A stretch of DNA of 63,916 nt, filler included, from Lenisia limosa (lineage: Eukaryota > Protista > Breviatea), in NCBI GenBank assembly GCA_001655205.1. It is 11 parts of 11 records of this genome, joined end to end, with 100 filler letters (N's around TTAATTAATTAA, not from the genome) between each part and the next. Parts side by side here need not be neighbours in the genome. Positions count along the whole stretch, not along the records: positions 46,714 to 59,271 come from LPNZ01003732.1; positions 59,372 to 60,684 come from LPNZ01001704.1; positions 60,785 to 62,547 come from LPNZ01004084.1; positions 62,648 to 63,916 come from LPNZ01001477.1; 7 more parts are not named here. One strand, given 5' to 3'. Position numbers and translations under genes: made by a program. The number at the start of each line of letters is the position of its first letter. Position 1 is the first letter of the stretch. This document shows positions 52,201 to 63,916 of this stretch, piece after piece. The notes beneath the pieces were generated by a model. It had not been told where the DNA came from, did no database searches, and saw only the letters and a list, made by a program, of their open reading frames with translations.

Positions 52201-53039
52201 AAAATTAGGCATAATGCCCATAGTAGTAGGATATATTGCGGAGGGGAACCGATCTCCATTTACTTTCCCAAATTAATAAATCTGCCAATTGTAATGTGTA
52301 ATACAGACAGCTCTAAATATAATTTAGCCGATGTTCCCTCTTTTTTTTCTCTTGAACAGGCTGCTTAAACATATCGAAAAATGTCGAATAATATCGGCAA
52401 CATTATCAAATAATTGTCCGTATTTTCACCAGGGCACAAGAAACTGTTTTTAAGTAGAGTCATTCTTTCATAAATTTGGTCAGCGGTTTTCTTTTGAAGA
52501 ATCATGTTTATGAGTCAGATTGTATTTTACATTTTGTTCCATGATCTTCCCCATATGATTATGTCCATTCAGACACTCGTTGGCGCTCTCGCTGCAGACT
52601 GTTCGAAACTCCGTTTCAATGTACGTTTTGATGTTTCGCTCTCTCTCCATCATTCGCTGGCCGATTCCGATTGTTTTCGGATTTTTCCATTCTCTAAAAA
52701 AAAAAATTGAAGGGTTTTTGACATAGTTTTTTGTATCTTGTGAAATAACAAAATTTTATTGTGAGGACTCTATTTGAAATATGAGAACAATACTTATATT
52801 GTAACCATGAGATGAAACAGAAAAAAAGAAACTCAAAAATACAACGGGATTTACTCATCGTCAAACTCACTCGATACATTGGGTGCTTGTTTTCTAATGG
52901 GCATGACCTGCAAAAAGTCAGAATATAATGTCAAAGCTGTTGCATCTAATCCATTGGGAGGGGGCAGACTAATACTGGCACGATATCTGTACAACTATGT
53001 AATAGACCAAATGATGACAGCGCCCATCATACACGAGGT

Positions 53040-54341
53040 GGGGCGGCGGGGGGAGGTGCTTGCTGCATTTGCATGCCAGGAGCTACATCAATAAATAAGA
53101 CATGTGGCAGTATCTCGAGTGCAAAAAGGTGTTGGATCTTGCTTTTACGTTGTATTTCTACTTAAAAGCAAAGGGTTTAAAATATCTGGCACATATTAAA
53201 ATAAATCCTCAATATTATCTTTGATGGCAACTCTTTAGCTCAACAAATTCCTTCCAATGAACCTTTTTGATAATAATGAAGAACTCAGAGAACAAGAGCT
53301 TTGGACTATGGCTTTCCTCAATATTTGTCGGAAACAATCATTCAAATGTTCTTATTGCAGTAAACAGATAACCCCCACCAATCGCACCTGGAGGAGGAGC
53401 CGACTGTCTGTTCATAGCTATTGAGAGTCCCTCAATCATGGCAAGGATAAGACCACCAAAAAGGCCAGATTTGAGGGCCATGCTCGCCCCGCTTCTCATT
53501 GCCAGAACCGTACCAGTGGTGGCTCCTAAGGAGATCACACATTTGCGTGATAAAATAATTATTAAACAAAAGAATTGATAATGAAAGTCAGGCAACGCCT
53601 CAGTGTAAACGGTTATAACTCCATTAAATCTATAGAGATGAGAAAGAAAACAAGGATATCTCTGGCCGAAACCGCCCACACCATCACGCTTATAAGATCA
53701 CCTTGTACTGTTTACTTAATTCTTATTATGCACAGAGAATGGTCATCTCAGCTTTAATAATATGTAAGGCTCAAGGCAGAAGTTACCTGTGAACAGACAT
53801 TCCCCCCAAAATATAACGGAGTTTGGTGGTTTTCCCTTTGAAACTTATCATCTGGTCGCCTCTAACCCCAACTCACCCGAAAGAATTGCATTCCAAGAAT
53901 CCTCTTTCTGTCTGATATAGGCATATGTGCAGTCGAAAGCAGAGAAAAGACCACCCCACACTCCAAAGGCACCTTAAAGATCAATGCAATGTTGGTAGTT
54001 CCTTGATATAGCCCTTCCCAATAAGAAGCTCGTGGTATTAACTTTTAAATTTAGCCACCATACCACTTGTTCTGGGCACAGACCTCCTCACAAGACGGGC
54101 AGTTCCAATGAGTCTCTCACCCTAAACAATGACGATCCCAGTCATATCAACTTTGTAAAATATGCATTAAATCCCCTCAAACCGATGCACAGGTCTTTAA
54201 ACCCTTGAGAGTGTACCAGACAGTTCCACCAACAGCGCCAAAGGCAAAGGCCGAACCAATATCTTCAGGAACTCGCCAGGGGCAAGGCTAAATAGTAAGT
54301 CTTCATTTTAATAGAGGTGGACATACCTCTCTATCCGCCAT
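53040..54341 (-). CDS. TIM17: Mitochondrial inner-membrane translocase subunit Tim17
   Basis: [26 protein letters not shown]...[15 protein letters not shown]...[25 protein letters not shown]...[10 protein letters not shown], the hallmark Tim17 motifs across at least 5 exons. Confidence 0.93.
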
Positions 54342-55129
54342 TTTCGTGCTTAGACAACAACACACGAACTAAAGCCAATTAAAAAAAACAAAAGATAACA
54401 ATTAAAGAAGCTATTCTTATCTAACAGTCTTTAATACTATTTTTAAGTACACCATGCAATCATGATATCCTCCTTACATGTAAAAAGGGCGATTTGTTTT
54501 CAAAAACAAAAATAAAGTGTACTACGGCGGCGGACAAAAAAAAGCCCATGGTTCAGTTTTTTTGGAAATATAATATTCCTTTCTTTGGTGGTCCTTCAGT
54601 CCTTTGGACACCCTTGGTATGGATCAAGCACACACCACACACCAACCAAATTTTTTTCATAGCACGCCAATTTTTTAAGACACCTGGGTGTACTCGACTC
54701 AAAATAACACCAGCAAAATACCATAACACACCATCACATCAGCCAAATTCTGACCATAACACCATCACACCAGCCGTGGTGCTGGTGTAACATTTCCTGA
54801 GAGTGACCACCCCCCCCCTGTTATGGATGTATGGATGCAGTATGGTATTCATACCATCTGATATGAAATGCCTATCATATCATATCCTAATACTGGTAAT
54901 CTTAACAAAAACCCGAAAATTAACAGTATGCCTTCAGCAGGAATAGATAAAACGAAAATACATAGTTGATAAATACGAAATATAATACAGCGTTCAGGCT
55001 TGTTGAATGAATAGGGGGGATCCCATGTAGCCTGGAGTTTCAATTGTAGGCAGGGGTGTGTTAGCCACTTCGAAGAACTATATTGTGAAGAAAACACAAT
55101 GGGCCTTTTTCTCATCAACTCATCCTTAT

Positions 55130-58100
55130 TTCACATGGCCTCTGAATGGTCCAGGCAGCCCACCGTGTTGTCAGTCACGGCACTGGATCTGCACATTCCG
55201 TTTCCCTCCGTTGCTGCGAACACTTTGTTGCCTGCACAGTCTGTGGAGGGTTATCAACAATCTGCTTCATCATTATTTTGAAGGGTGAAAATTTCATCCG
55301 GTAAATATCTTAAGATAGTAATGGAATTGTACTGGAAAACCATGCCCATTTTTAAACATACCTCCATAGAGATAGATATGTTGAGATCCATCATAAGACA
55401 TTCGAGTGAACATTTTGCCTGGATCACAAACTGCGGTGGCATAGCTTGTTACGTCTACCTGATGGGGTGTGTGATATCTGTAGGCAGGCTAGGAATCAAA
55501 AATAAAAAATTCACCTCAATCCCAAAGAAAAAGCGTTTTTCATTACATTTTGAATGAGAAGGATCATTAATTGAGAAACTCCGTAATATCCAGATATGTG
55601 AAGCCCAAGTTCAAGGAATTTCAACGAAGCATTTGCCCTTCATACTGGACTGGCTGTTGAGCCAGCATAGCCCGGAATAACCCTATCCGAGTTGGCACAC
55701 ATATAGAGTTTAGCCTGATCTGCATGGGGTTAAGAGCGCGGTGGTGTTGCGGGGGGGTGGGGGTGGACACTTACTTCATAAAAAGATCAAAAACAACCGC
55801 AAGGTTATGTCAAAGCAAAATAAAGCAGAGTGAGTTGATTTTGCAGCCAGCACTTCTCTATCTATTGACAGTTTTCTTTTGTTGGAGCCAAAGTGAAGCA
55901 TTCCTTACAAAAAGTATCCCCCGCTTCAAACAATTGAATGGCCCAGCCACATACTTGTAATAAAGGCACATGCTTGTCGGGAGCAAGCAACGTCAATGAT
56001 TTTACCATTCATCACATTGCTAGCGTCACCCTGGAGGTTAGTCAATTGGGAGGGGGGGGGGGNNNNNNNNNNNNNNNNNNNNNNNNNNNNNNNNNNNNNN
56101 NNNNNNNNNNNNNNNNNNNNNNNNNNNNNNCACATCGGACAATAAAATTGTGAAACCACAACGATAAGCTCCGAAAGTTACAGTCACCAACACAAACCTT
56201 TGCGAAAGTTCCAGGGGAGCTCACAGAGCTACAGAATGCAAAATACGACGAGCTGCTTCGACCATACACCTTCAATTCGTCTGAAGAATTACTTGATGCA
56301 ATTTGGCATACTACGACATTCAATTAGTGTACTACAGTTTTATCCACTGCTATTCTCAACCCTATTTTAATACCCCCAAACCTGTAATGACGGTCATGTG
56401 TGTTCTTGACAGCGAAATTTTGGTAATTGTTCCAGACTTAAAGCGTCATTATATTTAGTTTGTAACGTGAATTATTTGTTTTTATAATCGCAAAATATCA
56501 GTACTTATCCCTAACAGCACTACAATTTCAATTCACGGATGTAACAACAACTTTCCAATACAAATGTTTCAAAAAGATGCATTCTAGGAGCTCACCTCAG
56601 GAAGGGTCATGTCGAGAATTCCCTTAAACTCTCCTCCGGACACTGAAAGTTCCATACCGTTGTTCTCTCCACCACCATAATATTGTCCATTGTCTATGCT
56701 GCATAAGAAGTACATGTATGTTGAGCCTTCTACAAAGGGAATTCCTTAAAGTACTACATGTGAAAATATATGTAATATATCACCTCATCGTCTCAATAGC
56801 ACTCATTATAAAATGCTGGCAAATAACATATAATATCATGTACTTAATATATCATAGTATGATATTGTATGTATTACCTTTATAAGTAGATATTACTATG
56901 TCTGATGAAATATAAATCTCTGCAATACTAAGTATAAGCAACTCATTAAAACATGTAACATACCAAGCTTGACAACAGTGGAGTAACACGCAGCCCAAAT
57001 ATCAACTGCGGTCCTTCCAACTGGCAGCACCACCTGAATTCGGTAACACCAGCTTTAAAAAAGGTTTCATTTGGGTCTGAGAATGTCCTTTTTCAATACT
57101 AAATTACAGATCCTACCCATACTATTCAGTTTACGATATGTTGAGTAATGGAAAAATATATAGTATATAGTATACATATCGATATTTCGATAAATGTAAA
57201 GCGAAATAGTATATGATATAGTTCGAGATAAGATATGCCACAATATAGCAGATATAATGTCATTTACTATATGGATGGTATTGGCAAGATCAATCAAGCT
57301 TGCAACAAAAGAGGGACCCAATAGTAAGCAGATTCTATCCCTCCCCCACCTTAGTTGGGACCCAATAGTTAGCAGATTATATCCCTCCCCCACCTTAGTT
57401 GGAAAATTTACTGAATCAGTAACATCGAGGAGAAGTTCCTTCTTAAAGTTGTAGCCCCAGGTGTAAAGACTTCCGGATTCTAAAGGTTATGGTTTTTGTC
57501 AGACATCTACATAGATTGTCAAGTTTGCCTGATAATTTCAAACAAAACTGCCTCCCCAGTGTACCTGTCATAATGACATATCCGTAAGCATGGGCATCCA
57601 TTTTGACAGCAGGGTCCCCAATGGCATTCCAAGTGGGGTACTCGAGGGGGGTGCTTACAGACGCGGCGCTTGTGTTGGGAATCTAGATAGGTGAGAGAGA
57701 TGGAAATCCAAGTAAAATATCATTCAAAAACCGACAGATTTGTAACACCTAGCCTTTCATGTAATATGAGAGAGAGAAGCGTATTAATGCTAGGAGGTGT
57801 AAAGAATAGAGTGGTGGGTCGGGTCACCATTGGAAGTGTCATTGTTGCTGTCTACTGTATCATGATGGAATTCGAACACTATTGTACCTAAGTATCTCAG
57901 GAATCCCTACCTGCTTGTATTTATTCTCACCACCACAGAGAAGCCTGTTATCTAAAGGGTTAATTGCGCTTTTCGAATAAAACCATATTCGATCATACTA
58001 AATCAATATACTACCATACCTTATAAATACAAAGTATTTTCAAGTTATTTAAAAAGACTTTCCACTTAGTAACGAAAAATACCCAATAATCCAGCCACTC

Positions 58101-59010
58101 GTTTGGCCGACCATGTAACGGCCACAAGCACGCAGCCTACCTGACGTGACAACACACTTTGAGTCGTACCCCGCACTGGCAACAAGGAATCGTGTTGTGG
58201 TCCAGTCTCCACCAAAGTTGTAAATGGCACCGTCAAGATAGTTCGTTCCAGTCTATAGTGTTTAGAGCTTGAGGAAAAAGCCAAAAGTAACGGCAATAGT
58301 ATCATACCAATCATTGACATGTTAATACTCAGGTTTTATTACAAATCATTAAGAGTGAAACCATAGCTATGCGTGTCTAAGACGATACAATAATACTTAG
58401 AATTTGATACACTACTGACTGCTACGCTGATAATTAAATTGTTTTATCGAAAGCAAAGCCCCACTCACCTCTCCAGGGTAAGTTGATGATGAACCACAGG
58501 AAGAAAGAGCCACTAAAGGATGAAGGATCAATTAGGAGGACTCTGTCCAAGAAATTTATTGTAATTTTTGGAAATGGAGTGTTTGTGACAATATTCCCCA
58601 CTTTGCATTTACATTAAAGAAGGTGGCAAAAATTTATTCCTCTTATTATTTCGAGAAGCAAAGCACAAAATGAAAACGGTTCGTGTAATGTTGATTTAAT
58701 AAATTTCTTTTAAAATTTCAATTATTAGGCCAATTAAACCAACCTGATACGCCGCAATTGAAATTTGTATCGTAAGAACCTGACGCACTACAGGTGGCAA
58801 TAGGGACCCCTAGGCATTGTTAACAAACTATTAGCTGAGCAGAGAAGCACTCTGAAATAAGCAGATAAGATATTAAAAAGAAAATTGAGAGTACAAAAAT
58901 AGAATAAAAATTCAACATTTTAATGAATCTATTAAATGCAAATATCACCTACCAGAGGCATCTGCCGGAGTGGTGCAAGCCATGCTACAAACCGTCCCGT
59001 ATGTGTAGGA
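55130..59010 (-). CDS. Cys-rich Sushi-like + RCC1-like repeat protein, paralog 2
   Basis: Exons GSYTYGTVCSMAC..-VPIATCSASGSYDTNFNCG, YGYVIMT-ESGSLYTWGYNFKKELL, DNGQYYGGGENNG, KIIDVACSRQACAFITS and VDVTSYATAVCDPGK...YLYG. Colinear with the 13190-18860 gene. Confidence 0.65.
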
Positions 59011-59371
59011 TCCTAAAAAACATGATCAGAAAATGATGTATAGGTCAGGGAATATAAAGGGGCCCAGTGCATATGAATGGGCCCAGCTTTTTTAAAATGT
59101 TGATAACTGAGCTTTTAAAGATCAAAATTCCAATATTGTTCAAAACTAAGTTGAAGAAAGTTGGAATCATTAAAATAAAGATTTAAAAAAAATTTCGAAT
59201 GTCGAAAATTTTCGATAGTCCAGTTCGTCCTGTTCACTCCCCTTTTCGCGAGTTTTTTTTTTTTTTTTTTTNNNNNNNNNNNNNNNNNNNNNNNNNNNNN
59301 NNNNNNNNNNNNNNNTTAATTAATTAANNNNNNNNNNNNNNNNNNNNNNNNNNNNNNNNNNNNNNNNNNNN

Positions 59372-60500
59372 TGAGCCGTCGGAACCTACAGTATCCGGCA
59401 ATGCACCGGACCAGCCGATTTCCATCTACACCGAAATGATGTCTTCGGGCAAGTCGTCTCTTCATATGGTTTGTTGGGGGGTGTAGACTTTGATTCCTCT
59501 TTTACGCTATTTTAGAGTTGATGTTGCACAAGTGTTGCATGAGATATATTACAATCTGATCGATTGAGAGGGTTTACCAAAGTAGACACAGAATTCCGGT
59601 GGAGTGTCTGTGTTCACACGCAACGCAATGTTCTCAAAACCGGCCGCTTTGGCTGATGGACAGGTTTGTGATGGTAAATGGCCCAATGGGAAAGTTGTCA
59701 CTAAAATACTACCTTATTTTACTGCTCCTTTCTTCTTATCACATATGATATAGAGGTGTGATGATAAGTGTCAGGTATCAGAATGAAGTCTCACCAAAAC
59801 AGGTCGCATCAGGGTTCTGAGGATTTCGCCAGCCTCAAGGGTAGTTAATTTTTTGTTAGGTCAATGTATTTGTATATTTGTATTTGGGTCTTGTATTAAC
59901 CTGTTTGGATGGTATTAGTCTCCTAGTAGATCATTCCAGCCAATATGAGAGAGGAGAATAGGAGAATATTGGATAATATGGTATTTTGATATTTAATTGA
60001 TCAATTGATATTTGTACTGTATGTAGTATGATGATTGAAGAAAGGTACACAGCAACGGCCCTCAACAAATACTAAGAAGATATCCATCCACGTCATTTAC
60101 TTTCTTTCTTTCTTTCCACCTTCTATTCTATCCTGCCTTATTATAATTAATTATTAATAGTAATGGTGACGGCAGTTGAAGATGAAACAGGCGACTCTCT
60201 GTCCAACCTCTTTTCCGACAGACTGATCTCTCTCGATACCCTCGACAAGGAGTCATGCTTCCTTCTCTCAGGTGGGAATAGTGCCGAGGGGAAAGACCAC
60301 ATGGTATGCGTTGAGGTAAATAAAATCACTGTGTCAATAAACAGAAATGACATTCGAAGACCCATATTAAGAGAAGACACGTTGAACAGCAGTTAACAGT
60401 CGAAATGTCACCCCCCCCCCTTACTCTCCAGCAATTGTCCAGCGATATGAGAATCTGGTTGCTTCAGACTGGCATGACTCTTGGGAGGAGTGCGCAGAGG
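59372..60500 (+). CDS. Exons of an unidentified gene
   Basis: Open AG/GT-bounded segments, e.g. VTAVEDETGDSLSNLFSDRLISLDTLDKESCFLL..VCVE and AIVQRYENLVASDWHDSWEECAE. Confidence 0.35.
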
Positions 60501-60809
60501 TGGGGGGGATAAGGGACATGGTCTTTCGTGTAATTCGGTTCGAAAGTATTAATTGAACACTCGGTTTTTTTTCTCTTGGCTGACGTATAACTATAATATT
60601 GTTCTTCGAATAGTTAATAATAAGTCGGGTTTGTGCACTTCATGGTTTCAATATGGTCATATTCGTTCAGAGGCAATTTTCAGCNNNNNNNNNNNNNNNN
60701 NNNNNNNNNNNNNNNNNNNNNNNNNNNNTTAATTAATTAANNNNNNNNNNNNNNNNNNNNNNNNNNNNNNNNNNNNNNNNNNNNCACAGGGGATTGAACA
60801 CCCACTTTT

Positions 60810-62320
60810 TAATGTGTCCCAAGTTGGCACTAACCACTCGCGAGGCCGCCAAGTTACCACGCGAAATGAATGACTAGTGTAATGTGAAATGCAGAGAAGA
60901 AAATGGTCCAAACGAATGGAATGTATTTAGAAAAAGGTCTAAACGAATGATTGTATAACGTAAAATGCAGAGAGAAAAATGGCCTTAGTGAAAGATTATT
61001 TTAAAAAACAAACACACGAAGATATCCAGATATATCCCCTCCATGATACCCCCTCCCCCCACCTCCTCCACCAGAGACAAGACGTGGCATATCCTAGCAT
61101 GACTGGTGGCAAACCGCTGTTCAAGGAACTTGGCGATTCCGGTAGCCTGCGGGGTTGGGGGGAGTAAAATTGAAAATTTTATAAGCCATATTAACTTTGT
61201 TGTCTGACGAGGGTTGAGAATAAGAAAACAAATAAGCCGAGGCTAGTCGCTCTGGGTTTTAAACGTAATCCGAGCCAAAAACCAAAACCCCAATTCAAAT
61301 TATTATTAACTTCAGCATTACATATATAATGTTTTGTTTGGAGTAAATCCCTTAAAACTTGATCATAAAGATCCGTAAGTTGACGAAAACACCCACATTT
61401 TTTTTTTTTTTTTTTTTGATAAAAACGAAAGAACATGGTTACTTTGATACTCCATACCTGAGTGCCAGTCGGCAGGTTGCTAATTTCCGCCTTCAACTTC
61501 TCGGTCTCACCAGGGAATGAGTCCGACTATAGGAGTAAAATTGGAATATTTATAAAATAAAAAAAAGCCCAAATCAACTCTGTTNNNNNNNNNNNNNNNN
61601 NNNNNNNNNNNNNNNNNNNNNNNNNNNNNNNNNNNNNNNNNNNNNNNNNNGTCCTGTCGCTTCTGCAGCACCGCATCCCATCGTGGGCGTCAAAGTATAA
61701 TTTAATAAAACTTCAGTCTTTTTTCAAACCGAAGTGAAGCCCTTCTAGCAAAATTAACAACCAGTCATTTTCCATACAACTCTGTGTATACAGCTTCCTG
61801 CGAGACTCCTTGACTGCATATGCATAGGTAACACAATTTCCACTTCTCCCATACCCTCATAGATTTGTTTAGGATATCAACTGGAGGTAAGGACAGGGAT
61901 GCCAATGAACGCAGGTGCACCAAAATACCAGTGAAATCTAGAGAATGGGTGAAGATAATAATGAAGAAGAAAGCATATTGTTTTTTGCACTAAAGTGAAA
62001 CTATAATCAGAGAGAACCAGCTGTTGACTACAAGAAACAGAGAGCAAGGCACTTCGGTCCAAAAAAGTAACGGTAAATATCGATAGTTTTTGAGGATTTA
62101 TCGAGAAATTCAGTCTTTTTCAAATAAAAGTGAAGCCCTAACCATAACGCGTATCATCGAGTAAGTNNNNNNNNNNNNNNNNNNNNNNNNNNNNNNNNNN
62201 NNNNNNNNNNNNNNNNNNNNNNNNNNNNNNNNNNNNNNNNNNNNNNNNNNNNNNNNNNNNNNNNNNNGGCTTTGCTCTACTCAGAACATCTCCCTCGTTG
62301 CTCGAACGAAGCACCTCCTA
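60810..62320 (-). CDS. Exons of an unidentified gene
   Basis: DFTGILVHLRSLASL.., SDSFPGETEKLKAEISNLPTGTQ and ATGIAKFLEQRFATSHARICHVLSLVEE, each with canonical splice sites. Confidence 0.35.
62044..62140. mobile_element. MITE family A copy
   Basis: CACTTCGGTCCAAAAAAG...ATATCGATAG...GTGAAGCCCTA. Another copy lies at 62415-62500. Confidence 0.7.
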
Positions 62321-62744
62321 AGATTGTGATAAGACAACTATACTTTTTTCTGGTTTAATAATATCAATAATTCCCTTGTTTGTTTTGTGTTCATGAGCCT
62401 ACGACGGTCAGGAGTAGGGCTTCCCTACGGTCCAAAAAAGACCGTTTAAATATCGATATCGTTCGAGGAATCGAGAGATTCAGTTTATTTGGGACCGCAG
62501 TGATAAGACTCTGCCAGAACAAAATTATGATTCATTGATCCCCTTTTNNNNNNNNNNNNNNNNNNNNNNNNNNNNNNNNNNNNNNNNNNNNTTAATTAAT
62601 TAANNNNNNNNNNNNNNNNNNNNNNNNNNNNNNNNNNNNNNNNNNNNGGGGGGGGGGGGGCTTCTTTATTGCTAAGGGGTGGTAGGAGGCTGTTTACTTC
62701 CTTATCTTTACATATAGACTACATTACATCAATTACCACCACAG

Positions 62745-63775
62745 ACCTCGCGATACTTTGGCCAAAGCGAGAAGCTCGTTCGTACTCTCTTCGCTATGGC
62801 GCGCTACTACGCTCCTTCCGTAATTTACATGGATGAAGTTGACGGATTAGCAACACAGCGATCCAGTGGAGAAGTGGGCCGATTCATTCTCGATAAATCC
62901 TCGATAAATCACAATATCAAGCCTTGGAAAGCTATGTGCAGTGACCGGGAGAAGTCTTGATCGATTTTCCTTGGGAAATGACATAGCAAATTGGTAAAGA
63001 CTTATCCTAGTCACTGTATATTATGCAAATATGATGATAACTCCAACTTCTTAATAGAACCAATCCATGTATAGCACTGAATTAAATATGACTCTCGCTA
63101 ACTCTAACTTCTTAGTAGAACGAATCCAATACGTAGTACATGATGTAAATGTAAATATGACGATAACTCCAACTTCCTTTCTTTAACTTCTCTTTAGAAC
63201 GAGGCCACTCGAAGAATCAAGGCGGAAGTTCTACAACAAATCGATGGAATCCCGGCGGACAACTCCGTAGGCTTTTTGGCTCTTTTGAGGACATCTTATA
63301 GTCCATTTTTGGCTATTTTCTTGCTTATGCAATTCCATGCAATAGTATTTCTTGCCTTAGAAAATAAGGTTGTCTTTACTGTAATAGTATTTCTTGCCTT
63401 AAAAATAATTTTTTTTTCTCAGGATGGGAGAGTTGTGGTCATTGGATCAACAAATCGTCCCCAGGATCTTGATGAAGCAATAAGGAGGAGATTCGAGCAC
63501 CGAATACGTGGGTTTTGATTTTGTAGGTTTTATTTCATTAATTTTGTATTATTATGAGAAGTTGGTGCAATTAATTTTCTGAAAAAACAATTTAAAAGAT
63601 TTTTTTTTTTTGGAGCAATTAATGTATAATTTCAGAAAATATTAATTGCCCCTACTTCTATCATTAGCCCTTTTTATTATTATCATTAACCCTTCTCCCA
63701 GACATTCCGCTCCCCTCTCAACATGCTCGAAAGGAGTTGGCCAAGCACTTCCTCAAAGAGACGGAACTGGACAGG
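62745..63775 (+). CDS. Microtubule-severing AAA ATPase, katanin p60-like (meiotic clade), internal exons
   Basis: Exons 62745-62873, 63198-63266, 63423-63507 and 63702-63775 give [33 protein letters not shown] (Walker B), [39 protein letters not shown] (SRH) and HIPLP. Confidence 0.85.
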
Positions 63776-63916
63776 TGAGACTTTGGGGGGATAGATTATG
63801 ATGAGGGGTGGGGGTTACGGGTCAAGTGTGAGGAATAGTAAGATTGTAACTTTTGGTTAGAGTAATAGTTTCCCTAGGATGCGGTGCTGAAGAATCGACT
63901 TGCTTGGGCTTTGTTT

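Overview
This is eukaryotic genomic DNA from a fragmented draft assembly, not one locus. Ten identical 100-bp linkers (44 N + TTAATTAATTAA + 44 N) join eleven unlinked scaffolds, so adjacency across a linker means nothing. Most scaffolds carry intron-rich GT-AG host genes. Exons stitched by eye give CDC73, TIM17, a UFD2/UBE4-like E4 ligase, a katanin-p60-like AAA ATPase and a Chibby-like basal-body protein. They also give two paralogous Cys-rich (Sushi-like) + RCC1-like-repeat proteins, a probable BMP-type ligand-binding receptor and several unknown genes. Introns hold several MITE families and a repeated intron 3'-end element that is always sense-oriented and abuts the splice acceptor (introner-like). 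The standout is scaffold 39906-43560, which is AT-rich, intronless, tightly packed and co-directional. It encodes a Polinton-like virus/Maverick morphogenesis module: partial A32-like packaging ATPase, minor capsid/penton, a small charged ORF and a double-jelly-roll major capsid. These are followed by an unusual PPxY + putative Zn-finger + C-terminal TM protein, and all four complete genes share an upstream motif. All protein assignments are by-eye motif recognition with no database search. No rRNA, tRNA or CRISPR was seen.
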